This document shows, in pieces, positions 52,658 through 64,000 of a stretch of DNA of 64,000 bases (the stretch's first letter is position 1; each line of letters begins with the position of its first letter). The position numbers and the translations under genes were made by a program. This DNA is from Eledone cirrhosa. Lineage: Eukaryota. Location: contig OZ024741.1 in NCBI GenBank assembly GCA_964016885.1, positions 382,416,001 to 382,480,000 of the forward strand, given 5' to 3'. The notes beneath the pieces are model-generated. The model had not been told where the DNA came from. It made no database searches and was given only the letters and a program-made list of their open reading frames with translations.

Positions 52658-53140
52658 GATTTCTTTATTGGCCACGATGGCTGACATCAAGAAAAACATT
52701 ACGGACGGCATAGGAAGGGACAAGACGGTACGATGTGGGTTTTATGCGTTTAAAGATTTTTATTATTTATATAAAAAACGAAAAAGAAAAAAAGACATAG
52801 AAACATATATATATATATATATATATATATAAACAATAAAAATAAAAATTCAAATAATGAAATATTTCCCAATAGGGGAGAAACCTCCGAGGGTTACTCG
52901 TGGCAAAAACCACACAAAAGATCACAGCCACACTGACGACCATGGCAAGCGCCCTCTCTCATTATTTTCTTATTCCTGAAACTAGAAGCATATATTCAGA
53001 GCGGACCCGTTCATTCGGACCATTCTCGCTACATTCACCCACCTTTCAACAAACTTGCTAGGAGGCAGCACTTGCCTGTCCACGCTGATTTTCCTCTTCA
53101 AGTGAAACTTGAAAAATTAATCAGGGATTCGCCGAAAAGA
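52658..53140 (-). mobile_element. 3' end of a Tx1 LINE
   Basis: Minus strand has GAAAGGTGGGTGAATGTAGCG, a 3' UTR and AATAAAGAAATC + (ATT)n. Confidence 0.85.
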
Positions 53141-53432
53141 ACGTGTTTTTATATATGTATATATATATATGTATGTATATATAAATGTAAGTATATATGT
53201 ATACGTACATACATATATGTATACAGACGTACAGTAGTATGCATATATATACAGACGTACAGTAGTATGTATATATATATACATACATGCACATATATAT
53301 ATATATATGTCCATATTGGTTTACCGACCATTTATTACAATGTTCGGTTTGTTCGTAATCAAACAGCCCGAATTACGCCGAACAGTGTTCAGGAAACCAT
53401 CGTCGCCATTTTTGTTCAACACTGACAGAGGA

Positions 53433-53475
53433 ACGATGTACTAGTTTCAAGCTTATTAGCTATCGTCAGCATCGT
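53433..53475 (-). ncRNA. Intact minimal type I hammerhead (family A)
   Basis: acgatg-CTGACGA-tagctaataagctt-GAAA-ctag-TA-catcgt with a perfect stem I. Confidence 0.88.
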
Positions 53476-54101
53476 ATACTTGCTAGATGATTGAACGTCT
53501 GAAAGTATATACTTTCCTTATGCATATTAACGGCTGAGCAGCCTAATTTGCATATCGAGTGAGTTAGTCGGCCGGGCGCACCGAAAACGATATATGGAAA
53601 AGAATGAAACGTAATTTTATTTCTCATTCTTAGTACAGTGTTCAGGCAACCATCGTCGCCTTTTTGTTCAACACTGACACAGGAACGATGTACTAGTTTC
53701 AAGAAAAAAGGAGACGATGGTTGCCTGAACACTGTACGGCGAAAATCGGGCTGTTTGTTTACAAACAAACCGAACATTATAATAAATGTCCGTTAATCCC
53801 ATACGTATATATATATATGTGTGCATGTACGTCTCTATATACATACTACTGTACGTCTGTATGCATATGCATACTACTGTAGTCTGTATACATATATATG
53901 TACGTATACATACATACTTACATTTAAGTATCAGCCGTACTATGAGGGAGAAATGAAATTTCGTTTCATTCTTTTCTATTTACCGTGTTCGGTGCCCCCG
54001 ACCGACTAAATCACTCGATATGCAAATTAGGCTGCTCATCCGTTAATATGCATAAGGAAAGTATATACTTTCAGATGTTCAATCATCTAGCAGGAAGGTA
54101 T

Positions 54102-54144
54102 ACGATGCTGACGATAGCTAATAAGCTTGAAACTAGCACATCGT
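54102..54144 (+). ncRNA. Family A hammerhead with U16.1-to-C change, probably inactive
   Basis: Same as 53433-53475 except GAAA-ctag-CA. Confidence 0.8.
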
Positions 54145-54394
54145 TCCTGTGTCAGTGTTGAACAATAAGGCGACGATGGGTGCCTGAACGGCGTAATTCG
54201 GGCTGTTTGTTTACAAACAAACCGAACATTCTAATAAATGTTCGGTGAAACCCATACGTACATATATATATATGTGTGCATGTATGTATATATATATACG
54301 TATATGTATGTACGTATACATACATACTTACATTTAAATATCAGCCGTACACAGAGTGAGAAATGAAATTTTGTTTCATTCTTTTCCCTTCATG

Positions 54395-54430
<36 letters not shown>

Positions 54431-56249
54431 ATGATAACAATAAAAATAAGAAGGACGATTTGTTATGTCTTCATTTTATTCATTCAAAGGTATCAAAACA
54501 GGTTTACGGCCCATTTGTTAAAGTCGAACCCGTAATATGCGACGAGCGATGCAATTGAAACAATATATTATTTACGGTATTCAAATAATGTTACGGCGTT
54601 TTTTGCTAAACCTTATATTCTCGATATAACATGCAAATGTAATAACAACTTTGTTAATGTAGTTACATGTAGATCAAGAAACGGAATCTGATACTCGATG
54701 AAAATTATAAAGTGTATCTTTTGCAATGTGTCAAGTCACTTTAGTTCGGAATTTTGAATTTGTTGCGGGAACAAAACGTAGTATTCTACGTATATTATTT
54801 CAGTATTTTTATCTGTATTACAAAATATAATGCGGCAATAGTTGAGCAGAATCATAAAATTCTCCAAGTGCCTGGTAATCCTTCAAGGTAAATCTAATAT
54901 GTAGATCTGTTATTAAGCACTAGCTAATTATAGCTTTGTTAGTTTAACTGAGAGTGAATAAAATCCCTCTTGCTTATCTTTCTGAAGAATTTCTACGTGG
55001 TTGTTAAAGAAAACCAATCAATAGCATGATTTAATTTTATATCCAATTTACCTGAAATGCTAGAGATGTCTAAGATACGAAGCACAATATCTGAAGTATA
55101 CTACTACAAATTCTCTAATCTAAAATATTCTCTAATCTAAAAGATTCAACCAGAAATGAATTTAACATTCATAAGAAAACCTCCGATTCACCCAACATTT
55201 CTACTTATAAAAAATATGCTGCCTAAAGCATAACTGGGCTATCTAATCAATACGTATATAAGCTAAAAGCTGCCGTATTAAGCTTTCTTGTGTTGGAATT
55301 TAATCCGTTCGATATTCAGTTTGACTGCTGGGTGAATCATTATGATATTTCCTACAAACCGATGAGCGAACGGATTGTATCCTTTATGCAATTATTTATA
55401 TAATTACAATGAGGCATGGGGGAAACGATATACATAATTAACATAACAGAAATATTGATCTTAGAAAAATTATTGAATAACACAGTTTTGTTTCAATAAC
55501 TTTCATTTGTTAAATGTTATCGTGGTTTATTGGAGCCAAAGGAAATTAAATGTGATGCTATAATGGAATTGTAAGTTCATTACATTCAAATATTTTTGAA
55601 TACGTGAAATATAATTTCTCCATGTACAAGAATTTATGATCCTCCCACATATCCAGTTCCCCACATGTTTAAGAATTTTTGAAACTAAATATAGATATTA
55701 AATAGCAAAATATCAACTGGTTTTATGTTCACAACAACACGTTTGCCATACTTTTGCTACGTTCGTGACAAACATAAACATATCTTATGATAAATTCATA
55801 GAAACTTTAAAAGAGGAAATAAAGATGAATGAAGGATACAGCTTAAAATCAACGCTGCAATGCTGTGCTGGATTAAACCACGTAACAAGACGGCTGCGAC
55901 CTAACGATGTTCTTCGCCTTATTAATTAATGTGGGTTTCGATACTGATATGCATGGGATTGCATTTTAGGTACGGTTCTGATGGGCATAATTCATATCTA
56001 GGATGGGATGTATATGGTAGATAAGTCGGGTTTAAGTGTTTTGACAGTGGTGTTTCGGTTCGAGGATAGTTATGAGACGTAAAACAATTGGTTTGACTTC
56101 ATTATACGGCATATAATATCTAATATATAATTTTACATGTGTGCGTGTGTTCGTGTGTGCCTATGTATTTATCTGTATTCGATTGTGTGTGTGTTTATCT
56201 TTTACGTCTCCCTTTTCTTCCCCTTCTTCTTTTTCATCGCTCACACATT

Positions 56250-56520
56250 CATAAGAGGATCGTCGGCCAGCGTGCTCAGTTGAGTCGACTCGATCCCCAA
56301 CCGAGGTCTTTTGTGTTATCCATTCATCAGAATCGTCGTCTACAGCTCCTTCCGGTCCGTTTTTCTCAGTAACATCTGTTCAGCAATTCTGTCTTTAGAT
56401 ATATGCACCACATGTCTGTAGTATCGGAGTTGTGATCGATTCAGAGAAATGACTCCTCTGCCTGGTGCGAATGCCAGATTTCCCAGTTACGTGACATATC
56501 GAGGAACATTACTCTAAAAA
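56250..56520 (-). mobile_element. RTE-like LINE 3' relic
   Basis: Minus-strand RSQLRYYRHVVHISKDRIAEQML resembles the QLRWFGHVVRM..RI C-terminus. Confidence 0.5.
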
Positions 56521-57318
56521 TAATATTTCGTTCGCATGTATTGTTTCGCTCATTACTCAAGATTCATGACCATTGGTAAGGTTAGTCACGAACAACAAAC
56601 TGAAGGTAACGAATATGGATTTTACACCTACCATTTGCAAGAAGTGAGACTTATTTCCAAGCAAAATTGTGTAAGGTCCTTCCTTTCTCGGATGGTATAT
56701 TTAACGTTCTGGTTCAACCAAGAGGTCCTGTTACTATACAGGGACACTCGGTGAAACACAGAGTCCCTTTGGGGTGCAGAAACTGCAGGCATAAACAATT
56801 CTCACTGCGTTTTGCAGTTCTCAAATGTTCAGGAAACATAAATATAAGCAATCAAATCGTATATTGCTACCAAAGTACTGAGTTGCAATATTACACGCAT
56901 ATAATCAATATATCTGTTGTATAAGATATGTTTGTCACTAGTGTTAAACCATTTAGTATATTCATACATAGATGAGAAAATATTGCACGATAATAACTTA
57001 TCATATATAGAATAGCCATTGGAAAAGTATATGATAGTCGCGAAACATGAGATAATTGTTATTTCCAATTGTATGAGCATTTATTTGAACTTGTGTATAC
57101 TAATTACAGCTAAATTGTTGTTTTCTTTGTCCCTTATACGTATATATATATATATGCACACACACACAAACACATATATATATATATATATGTATATAGA
57201 TGCATACACACACACATACACATACACACACATATATAGCTCTACGGTTCTTATATATCTAATATATATTTATCCTTATCGAGGCCTCTTTGGATTTTAG
57301 TCTTCAAATGTATTATTA

Positions 57319-57371
<53 letters not shown>

Positions 57372-57648
57372 ATAATAATAGTAATAATAATAAATTTGAA
57401 GACTAAAATCCAAAGAGGACTCGATAATGATATATGTATACACATATATATATTAGAAAGAGTTGGGACAGGACGACTGAGTACATGTCGTTTCGACAGC
57501 TAACTCCATACCAGAATTAACTGTTCAAACGGCAAGAGTTCAGTAGGGCTCCAAGTTTTCCTAATATAGTCACACTCTACTATCCCAAGTACGGAGTACA
57601 CTGTTGATTAATGGTCTTACTAGTTTAACACTGGTTTCATCCTGTGTG

Positions 57649-57678
<30 letters not shown>

Positions 57679-57682
<4 letters not shown>

Positions 57683-57866
57683 AAAATCTTTGACCCCGAC
57701 GGCAGAGCTCGAGCCGTTTCGACGGCTATTTCAGAAATAGCCGTCGAAATGGCTTGATCTCTGCCGTCGGGCTCAAACATTTTCTTATTACCCACTCTAC
57801 TACCCTAAGTATTGAGTACTCTGGTGCTTTATGGTCCATCTGGTTCATTACAACCCCTCCGTCGTT
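57679..57866 (+). mobile_element. Fold-back hairpin + tail element, same family as 48553-48747
   Basis: Near-perfect palindrome centred at ~57733, then an ACTCTACT..GAGTACTC tail; (TA)n on both sides. Confidence 0.82.
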
Positions 57867-57966
57867 ATATATATATATATATATATGAAGTAATTCCATC
57901 GGAATATATATATATATATATTAATATATATATATATATATATATATATTAATATATATATATATA

Positions 57967-58195
57967 TAGTAATAATAATAAATTTGAAGACTAAAATCCA
58001 AAGAGGGCTTGATAAGGATAAATGTATATCAAATATATAAGAACCGTAGAGCAAATATTTATTAAAATAACGGTTGCAACGTTTTTTGAAATATCCACTT
58101 CTGCGTTTACAGATTGACTTTGTTAGTTTCAGAAGATCCCGTTAACTGTGAAAGCAGCGATTCTTTGCTTAAACTTTAATCTGTTATTTTAATAT
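57967..58195. mobile_element. Short PLE-like inverted element in (TA)n; pieces also at 15625-15722, 20860-21000, 46275-46420 and 57237-57430
   Basis: Shared blocks AATTTGAAGACTAAAATCCAAAGAG and CAGAAGATCCCGTTAA..GAAAGCAGCGATTCTTTGCTTAAACTTTAATCTGTTATTTTAA. Confidence 0.7.
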
Positions 58196-58197
58196 AT

Positions 58198-58349
<152 letters not shown>

Positions 58350-58549
58350 TTATTTATTTAGGTTAGTTGTTTCACCACTGGATAGAACTGATCATTCCGT
58401 ATGGTCAATCTCGATGAAATATTATGGAGAGTACTCAACGTAATGCAGCTCACCCGTCCTCGTTTGTGTTGTTGGTGGTGCGAGAACGGAGTTAATTATT
58501 ATAAAATAACAGGAGGCTGGACTGGTGTAAATCCTTGAAAGGTTTATTT

Positions 58550-58605
58550 TACTATGATCATTTCAATGACCGGGTTCGGTATGAATCCGGTGATATCATC
58601 AGGTA
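58550..58605 (-). ncRNA. Minimal type I hammerhead in a PLE-like 3' end (~58345-58900)
   Basis: tac-CTGATGA-tatcaccggattc-atacc-gaacccggtcatt-GAAA-tgatca-TA-gta; palindromic ATGATCAT stem III. Confidence 0.75.
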
Positions 58606-59577
58606 TTCGAAATATAACAAAGGAATAAAACAGATGAAATCCATGGGGCTGAAAATCAGAGATAAGAGGACGACCGACCATTTAGCAGCTTCTACCTCAG
58701 TCGGTCGCCCTCTAGTGTTGATTATTAAGTCTACTTATGACCATCTGGTGAGGGGGCGTAAGCTTATAATGTACTACTACCTCTCCGTCAAAGAGAAAAG
58801 GTCATGCCACAATCAGGCTGAACGTGCGTGCTAGAAATTGCCGCGAAAAATGTCTTTTCCAAAGCACATATATCTTTAACAAAGGCATATATATTGGGCG
58901 TCTGTATGGTATAATGTGTGGACAGAAATTTCGGTTAGCAATTAGGAACGTTAAACTTATGTTTAGAGTTAAAGGATGACATTAGAAAAATAAGAGAAAT
59001 AAGGTTTAAGATTTGGGTTGTGAGATTTAGTTAAAGAATTTACAGAAAGGGTCTTTTATGAAAAAGTTTAAGCGTATTATAGATTGTCTCGGTTTTCATG
59101 GTAGGATATAGAGTAAAGATTAAGCCCTTGTTTAGCAGTAAATAATCAGCGACGACTGCAGATCCGGGCCAGCCCTTCCTAATCACGTGTCAACCGTTCC
59201 GAGTGATATCGTCTAACGAAAGAAATGGAAATTAATTTTTCCGAGCACTCCAGGAATGTAACTGTTGTCGGGTGTGTTAGCGGTAAGTCCGCCATCGCCG
59301 ACAAAAGAGTTATAAACACAAATATATACAAGAGTTATAAACACAAATATATACATACATGTGTTCGAATCGTAAAGGACCAGGTTTGCTAGGTTGAAAA
59401 AATACTAACTCTAACAATATGGTTTGCCAGACTTAATTTAAAGTAGTAAATCAAGAAAAAGAATAACAAACCTATATTGGGCAACTGCCTGAGAACATCT
59501 AGACAGATATAAAACTGTTTGGCAAAATTATATTAAGTGAAGGCATCACCAACTATCTGCTCTTCAGTAGATGCATA

Positions 59578-59674
<97 letters not shown>

Positions 59675-61042
59675 CATAGAGAGAGAGAGAGAGAGAGAGA
59701 GATAGATAGATATATAGATATTTGTTGACTTTATTTCTCTCAGTGTGTGTACGTGATTATTTATATCATATTTATTGATATAAACAACTATCATTATCAT
59801 CCATTTAAACTATATGTACCATACATTGTGATATCTTGGTTATAGAGTGTTTATGTGTTCACGTCTTGCCTGAATGTAATGTTTATAGTGTGGTGGTTTC
59901 TGATCAGTGTGAAACGAAATTATATATCTATGAGAAAATACAAAATATTCAATGAGAAAATACAAAACATATTTCTGAAACTCGCAATAGCTTTCATAGG
60001 ACCGTTACCTTTATAGACATATTTCATCAACTTATCTATAATTTATATTATTTTATTATATATTTCTAAATATCGTTATATTTATCGACGTTGCGATATG
60101 CAATATTTGTATATAATTATAAACAATATTTTAAAAATATAATTATATATAATCCGTAACCGAAAATAACAATCTATCATTGTTAGATATTTTATATAAC
60201 AGGTTACATTTTTATGGCTTTTTAAATGATGTAGATCAATATGTTTGATGATTTAATTGATCTTTTTCTGATTAGTTTCTTACTAATATTGCTTGTTTTG
60301 TTGCAAAATTGCTATGAAGTTAGTGAATGCTATTTACAAGACTGTAATGACGTTAATTATCTTTGAAATAATTATTCTTATATTTTTTCCCTAATCTTTA
60401 TAACACTTATTTGACATCGATATTTGAAAATAACGTTGCCATCAACAATAAAAAGTGTCTGAATATGAAAACGTTTCCATCAAAAGTATTAATAATTAAC
60501 CATTCACCTTAATATTAAGTCCGTTATTGTAAAAAAAACTGACTCATATTATTAATGCTAGAAGTTAAACAGTTAATCAAGCAATAACACAATAATCTAA
60601 CCAAGATTAATGCACATAACTTTCTATTCAGTTTTCAAGCACAATGTTGTAATTCATTGATACAGTTATTGTTGATGTATGCGTCATGCACATGCTGTCA
60701 ACAGCAGGAATTAAATTAAAACGGATGTTGAGTGAATATTTTGTAGTGCAGTCACAAAACAATTAACATGGTCTCTAATATACGCAAATCAGAATACAAA
60801 TTTATATATATTTTAAATCATATATATTTATTCATAAAAAAAAATATTTCGCAATTATTCCAGCACGATAATGCACAGTGTGAAATTACCAGGCGATATT
60901 TCACTTACAATAATTGTGCTTACTATATTACTTTTTCTATAAAGTTTATTGCTTCTTACTTCTTACCTTTTGTAATATACACACAAGTATGCGAGTTTGA
61001 TTATACACACACACAGGCACATATATTATTATTACTATTATT

Positions 61043-64000
61043 GGCGACCTACTTAGTAAATCGTATTATCGTGAGCTCCGCAAAGGTTTGTTATTTTCAG
61101 TTGTTTAAAATAGTCATTTATGAACAAATTTTTATTGTTAACTGTATATAAGTGCACATACATTGTTTTCTGAAAAGGACACTCAAAAAGATTGGGGCCT
61201 TGAGACCAAAATTTAAACTTTTAAAATTATCAAACAATAAAAATTTCTTTGAAAAATCATGGCCGACTCACAGCTGAACCCAGTAGCTGAGAGCCTTCCT
61301 CACAAACTAACACCTCACACCGACACCACCATTGTAAATATTACTACGTTTGCCAACACTAAAATTATAAGCAGTAGCAATATTTTAAATTTGTCTCAGG
61401 CAGACATTCATTTCCCGCCATTACCAATGACTGCAGGTGTTGAAGCCGCCACCCCCATCACCACTACAGCGACAACAGAAACAAAAGAAAAAAATAAATT
61501 ATCTCGTGATATCGAAACGAATTCAGTCAAAATGCACTCTTCCACACAGAACACCACTGACGCCACCACCACCACAACTGAAACCTAAATTAACAATAAC
61601 AAAAATAACGATAACAACAAAAGCAACAATGAGAATAAGAAAACCCTGTCTTTTGCCAGAGTAGCAAAAACGTGCGAAGCATTCCAGGTAACTCAGGAGG
61701 AATTAGAAGAAGCCAAAATATGGTAGAGAAGATGGGTACAGGGTCAGCCTCATCCCCCCCCCCCCCCCACACACACCTAAGAAAATGGAGCATCGGCGGC
61801 TTTGCACCGTGTCTTATCGGACGATTAACATATAATCACGCCGAGTGGAAAGGGCATCCGAGTCCCAAATCCGAAAAGCTTTGAGACATGTGTGGGCAAA
61901 AAAACCCCACATCAGACGTGAGCCAAAATATGGAACCGTGGACGTGTTCTTTGAGACACCACAGGAGTCCAGAGAACACCCCATGGCCCCATTAAGAAGT
62001 GACGACTTCACACTCGTCCCAAGCTATTGTGGCCAGAGCCTCGTGAAGAGCAGGGTGACCCACGTTCCACCGGCCATCGAAATTCTCTGGCTAATTGCTG
62101 CTGTCCTCGCCGCCATCAAAGCCAATACCAAGATAATCGAAATAGCGAAAGAAAAGCAGGAGAACTGGTCCGGATCTGGGATGGAGCTCCTGATCCAAGC
62201 GGACCAAAAACGCATTGAGGAGATCCCAGAGGTAATAGGCCTCACTGAGGGCAGCCACCTCACCGTAATCGTCCAGGGCAGAAGGCCTAGGTGTGTCGTT
62301 TGTGGTGAAGGAACCCACCTAAGGGCTTTCTGCCCATAGGCTAAAAGGTTGAGGCCACCTCTCTTACCCACCCCAGTGACTCAACCATCAACACCACCAG
62401 CAGCAGAGATGGCAGCAACAAAAGAAGCAACTGTAACAGCAACAATCCCAGCAACAGTAGCAAAACCAACACCGCCACCACCCAACGCGCCAGAACTAGC
62501 ACCAGCGCCTACACCATCCACCACACCATATACAAAAACCAACGCCTGTGGAGGATTTTCCACTCCCCGACCTATCGCAACTGGAGAGAGATTGTGACGA
62601 CGAGGAGTGGGAAACGGTATCAGAAAAAATGAAAAAAAGAAAAAGAAACCAAAAAATAAAAAAACCCTTCCTTCCCCCTCCAAAAACAAAATACAAAGGG
62701 AAACAAATAAACTATCAAACAAAAAAGTAAGGACAGCTATGCCACCATCCAGAACCAGCATCACTAACCCCATCACCGCAAACACCAACACCATCACCAA
62801 CACCACAAAAGTCACCAAAAAGCGAAACCGAAACAAACCCACAACAAACGCAAACAAAAGAAATCAACCAAAACGATACACACTACACTGCAATAAATTT
62901 GAACGACAACCAATTATTACACTACATGAAACACAACACCAGCATCACAGAAAAATACTACAAAACAACCCAAAAGTTCACACCACCTCCACACATACAA
63001 ATCACTCGCATCACACAGAAAACGTACACGACACTAAAACAAAAATTACCCAAAGACATCGGAGACTTCCGACAAGCACTCTCCATAGTGGCCGTCTATG
63101 CCCCGACAGGAGCAGGGCGGCCTGATTTCTTCCGGCGTCTGGAGACCTTTCTTGGAACGCCCCGCTTTTTAGTGTTGGTCGGCGACTGGAACGGGATGTT
63201 AGATGAACACTGGGACTGTGTGGGATTAGCGGATAGGTGTGGAGCGTGCAAGGGCCTCACCAACCTGCTCAGGCGTTTTGAACTGTCTGACAGCTACCGA
63301 TTGGATTTCCCGAATGTGCCAATGTGGACTTGGACAAATCGCATAGGTTCATCCAGATCATATCTAGATAGAGTATTTTGTAGAAAATAGATAGGTCTAG
63401 CATAGGCTCTCCACAATTCAAGATAGTCAGCTACACGGACCACAAATTCGTGATCTGTGTGCTTGACTTAGATAGGCTTCATAGACGAGGAGCTGGCTAC
63501 TGGAAGCTAAACGCGTCCTTACCAGAGCGCAAGGACTACAGAGACTGGATTAACGAACTAATTAAGCGGGCGTTGACGGGGGCCATCATCAACAACAAGT
63601 GGTGGTTTGCTCTGAAAAGAGCGATTAGAATAGAGTCCATTAAGTTTAGTAAGGCTTTAGCAATAGTGAAACATAGAGCAGAGGGAGAACTATTTAGAAA
63701 ATTAGACGAGGCACTTAGGAAAGGCATCGCGACCGACGTACATGCGGCGAAATTGGCCCTTGACCAATTCTTCATTGCAAAGCACGCAGGCTGCGTTATC
63801 AGAGCTAGGGTGCGTGCTCTCAGACACGAGGAAACGAAAGCCGTTCAATGGGCCCGAGTGGCGGAGGTGCGTCGTGGCAACAAGCCACCATCTGGTCTTT
63901 GGTGGACTACGACGTGCGCATGCTACTCGATCCCGGGAAAATGTGTGAAGCTTTTCAGCGACACTTTGCACAGCTGTTCCGGGACAGCGGCGGGCCGGAT
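61043..64000 (+). mobile_element. Tx1 LINE (5' UTR, decayed ORF1, ORF2 with a deletion at ~63080), runs off the window
   Basis: CVVCGEGTHLRAFC knuckle; VAVYAP, VGDWN, YLDRVF and GYWKLN; preceded by (ATT)n. Confidence 0.88.

Larger units (their letters stand above)
53147..54390. mobile_element. Palindromic multimer of the family A hammerhead repeat (non-LTR retrozyme-like)
   Basis: Minus-strand units 53147-53703 and plus-strand tandem units 53704-54390; period 459 nt between 53714 and 54173. Confidence 0.82.

Noticed and set aside
54400-56100. Unique-looking AT-rich stretch as possible host exons (also 59800-61000)
   Set aside because: No recognisable protein motif or convincing exon; small exons cannot be excluded without RNA-seq.
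59303-59355. About 26-bp tandem duplication (AAGAGTTATAAACACAAATATATAC)
   Set aside because: Ordinary local duplication with no further structure.

Overview
Gene-free, repeat-dense eukaryotic DNA. The tRNA-derived SINE family and TA/CA microsatellite load suggest an invertebrate, probably an octopod cephalopod (inference, not verified). No host exon could be supported. The window is a mosaic of mostly dead transposons: several Tx1/L1-type LINEs (one near full-length, 453-6114), two tandem R4/Dong-type RLE LINE fragments, a CRE fragment, RTE relics, several Penelope-like (Naiad-type) elements including a near-complete one with inverted pLTRs (29563-34433), SINEs, Helitrons, a Tc1/mariner relic and MITEs. 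The most notable signal read from the sequence is a dense set of type I hammerhead ribozyme motifs from at least six unrelated families, mostly minimal with palindromic stem III and nearly all next to (TA)n. One non-coding family of about 410-460 nt occurs as tandem and inverted multimers and looks like a non-LTR retrozyme; one copy starts at the predicted self-cleavage site. Several families share a 3' tail motif (ACTC...GAGTRCT). Each retroelement class sits in its own microsatellite type: Tx1 in ATCT or ATT, R4 in ACAT, PLE and ribozyme elements in TA. All folds and alignments were done by eye and boundaries are approximate.
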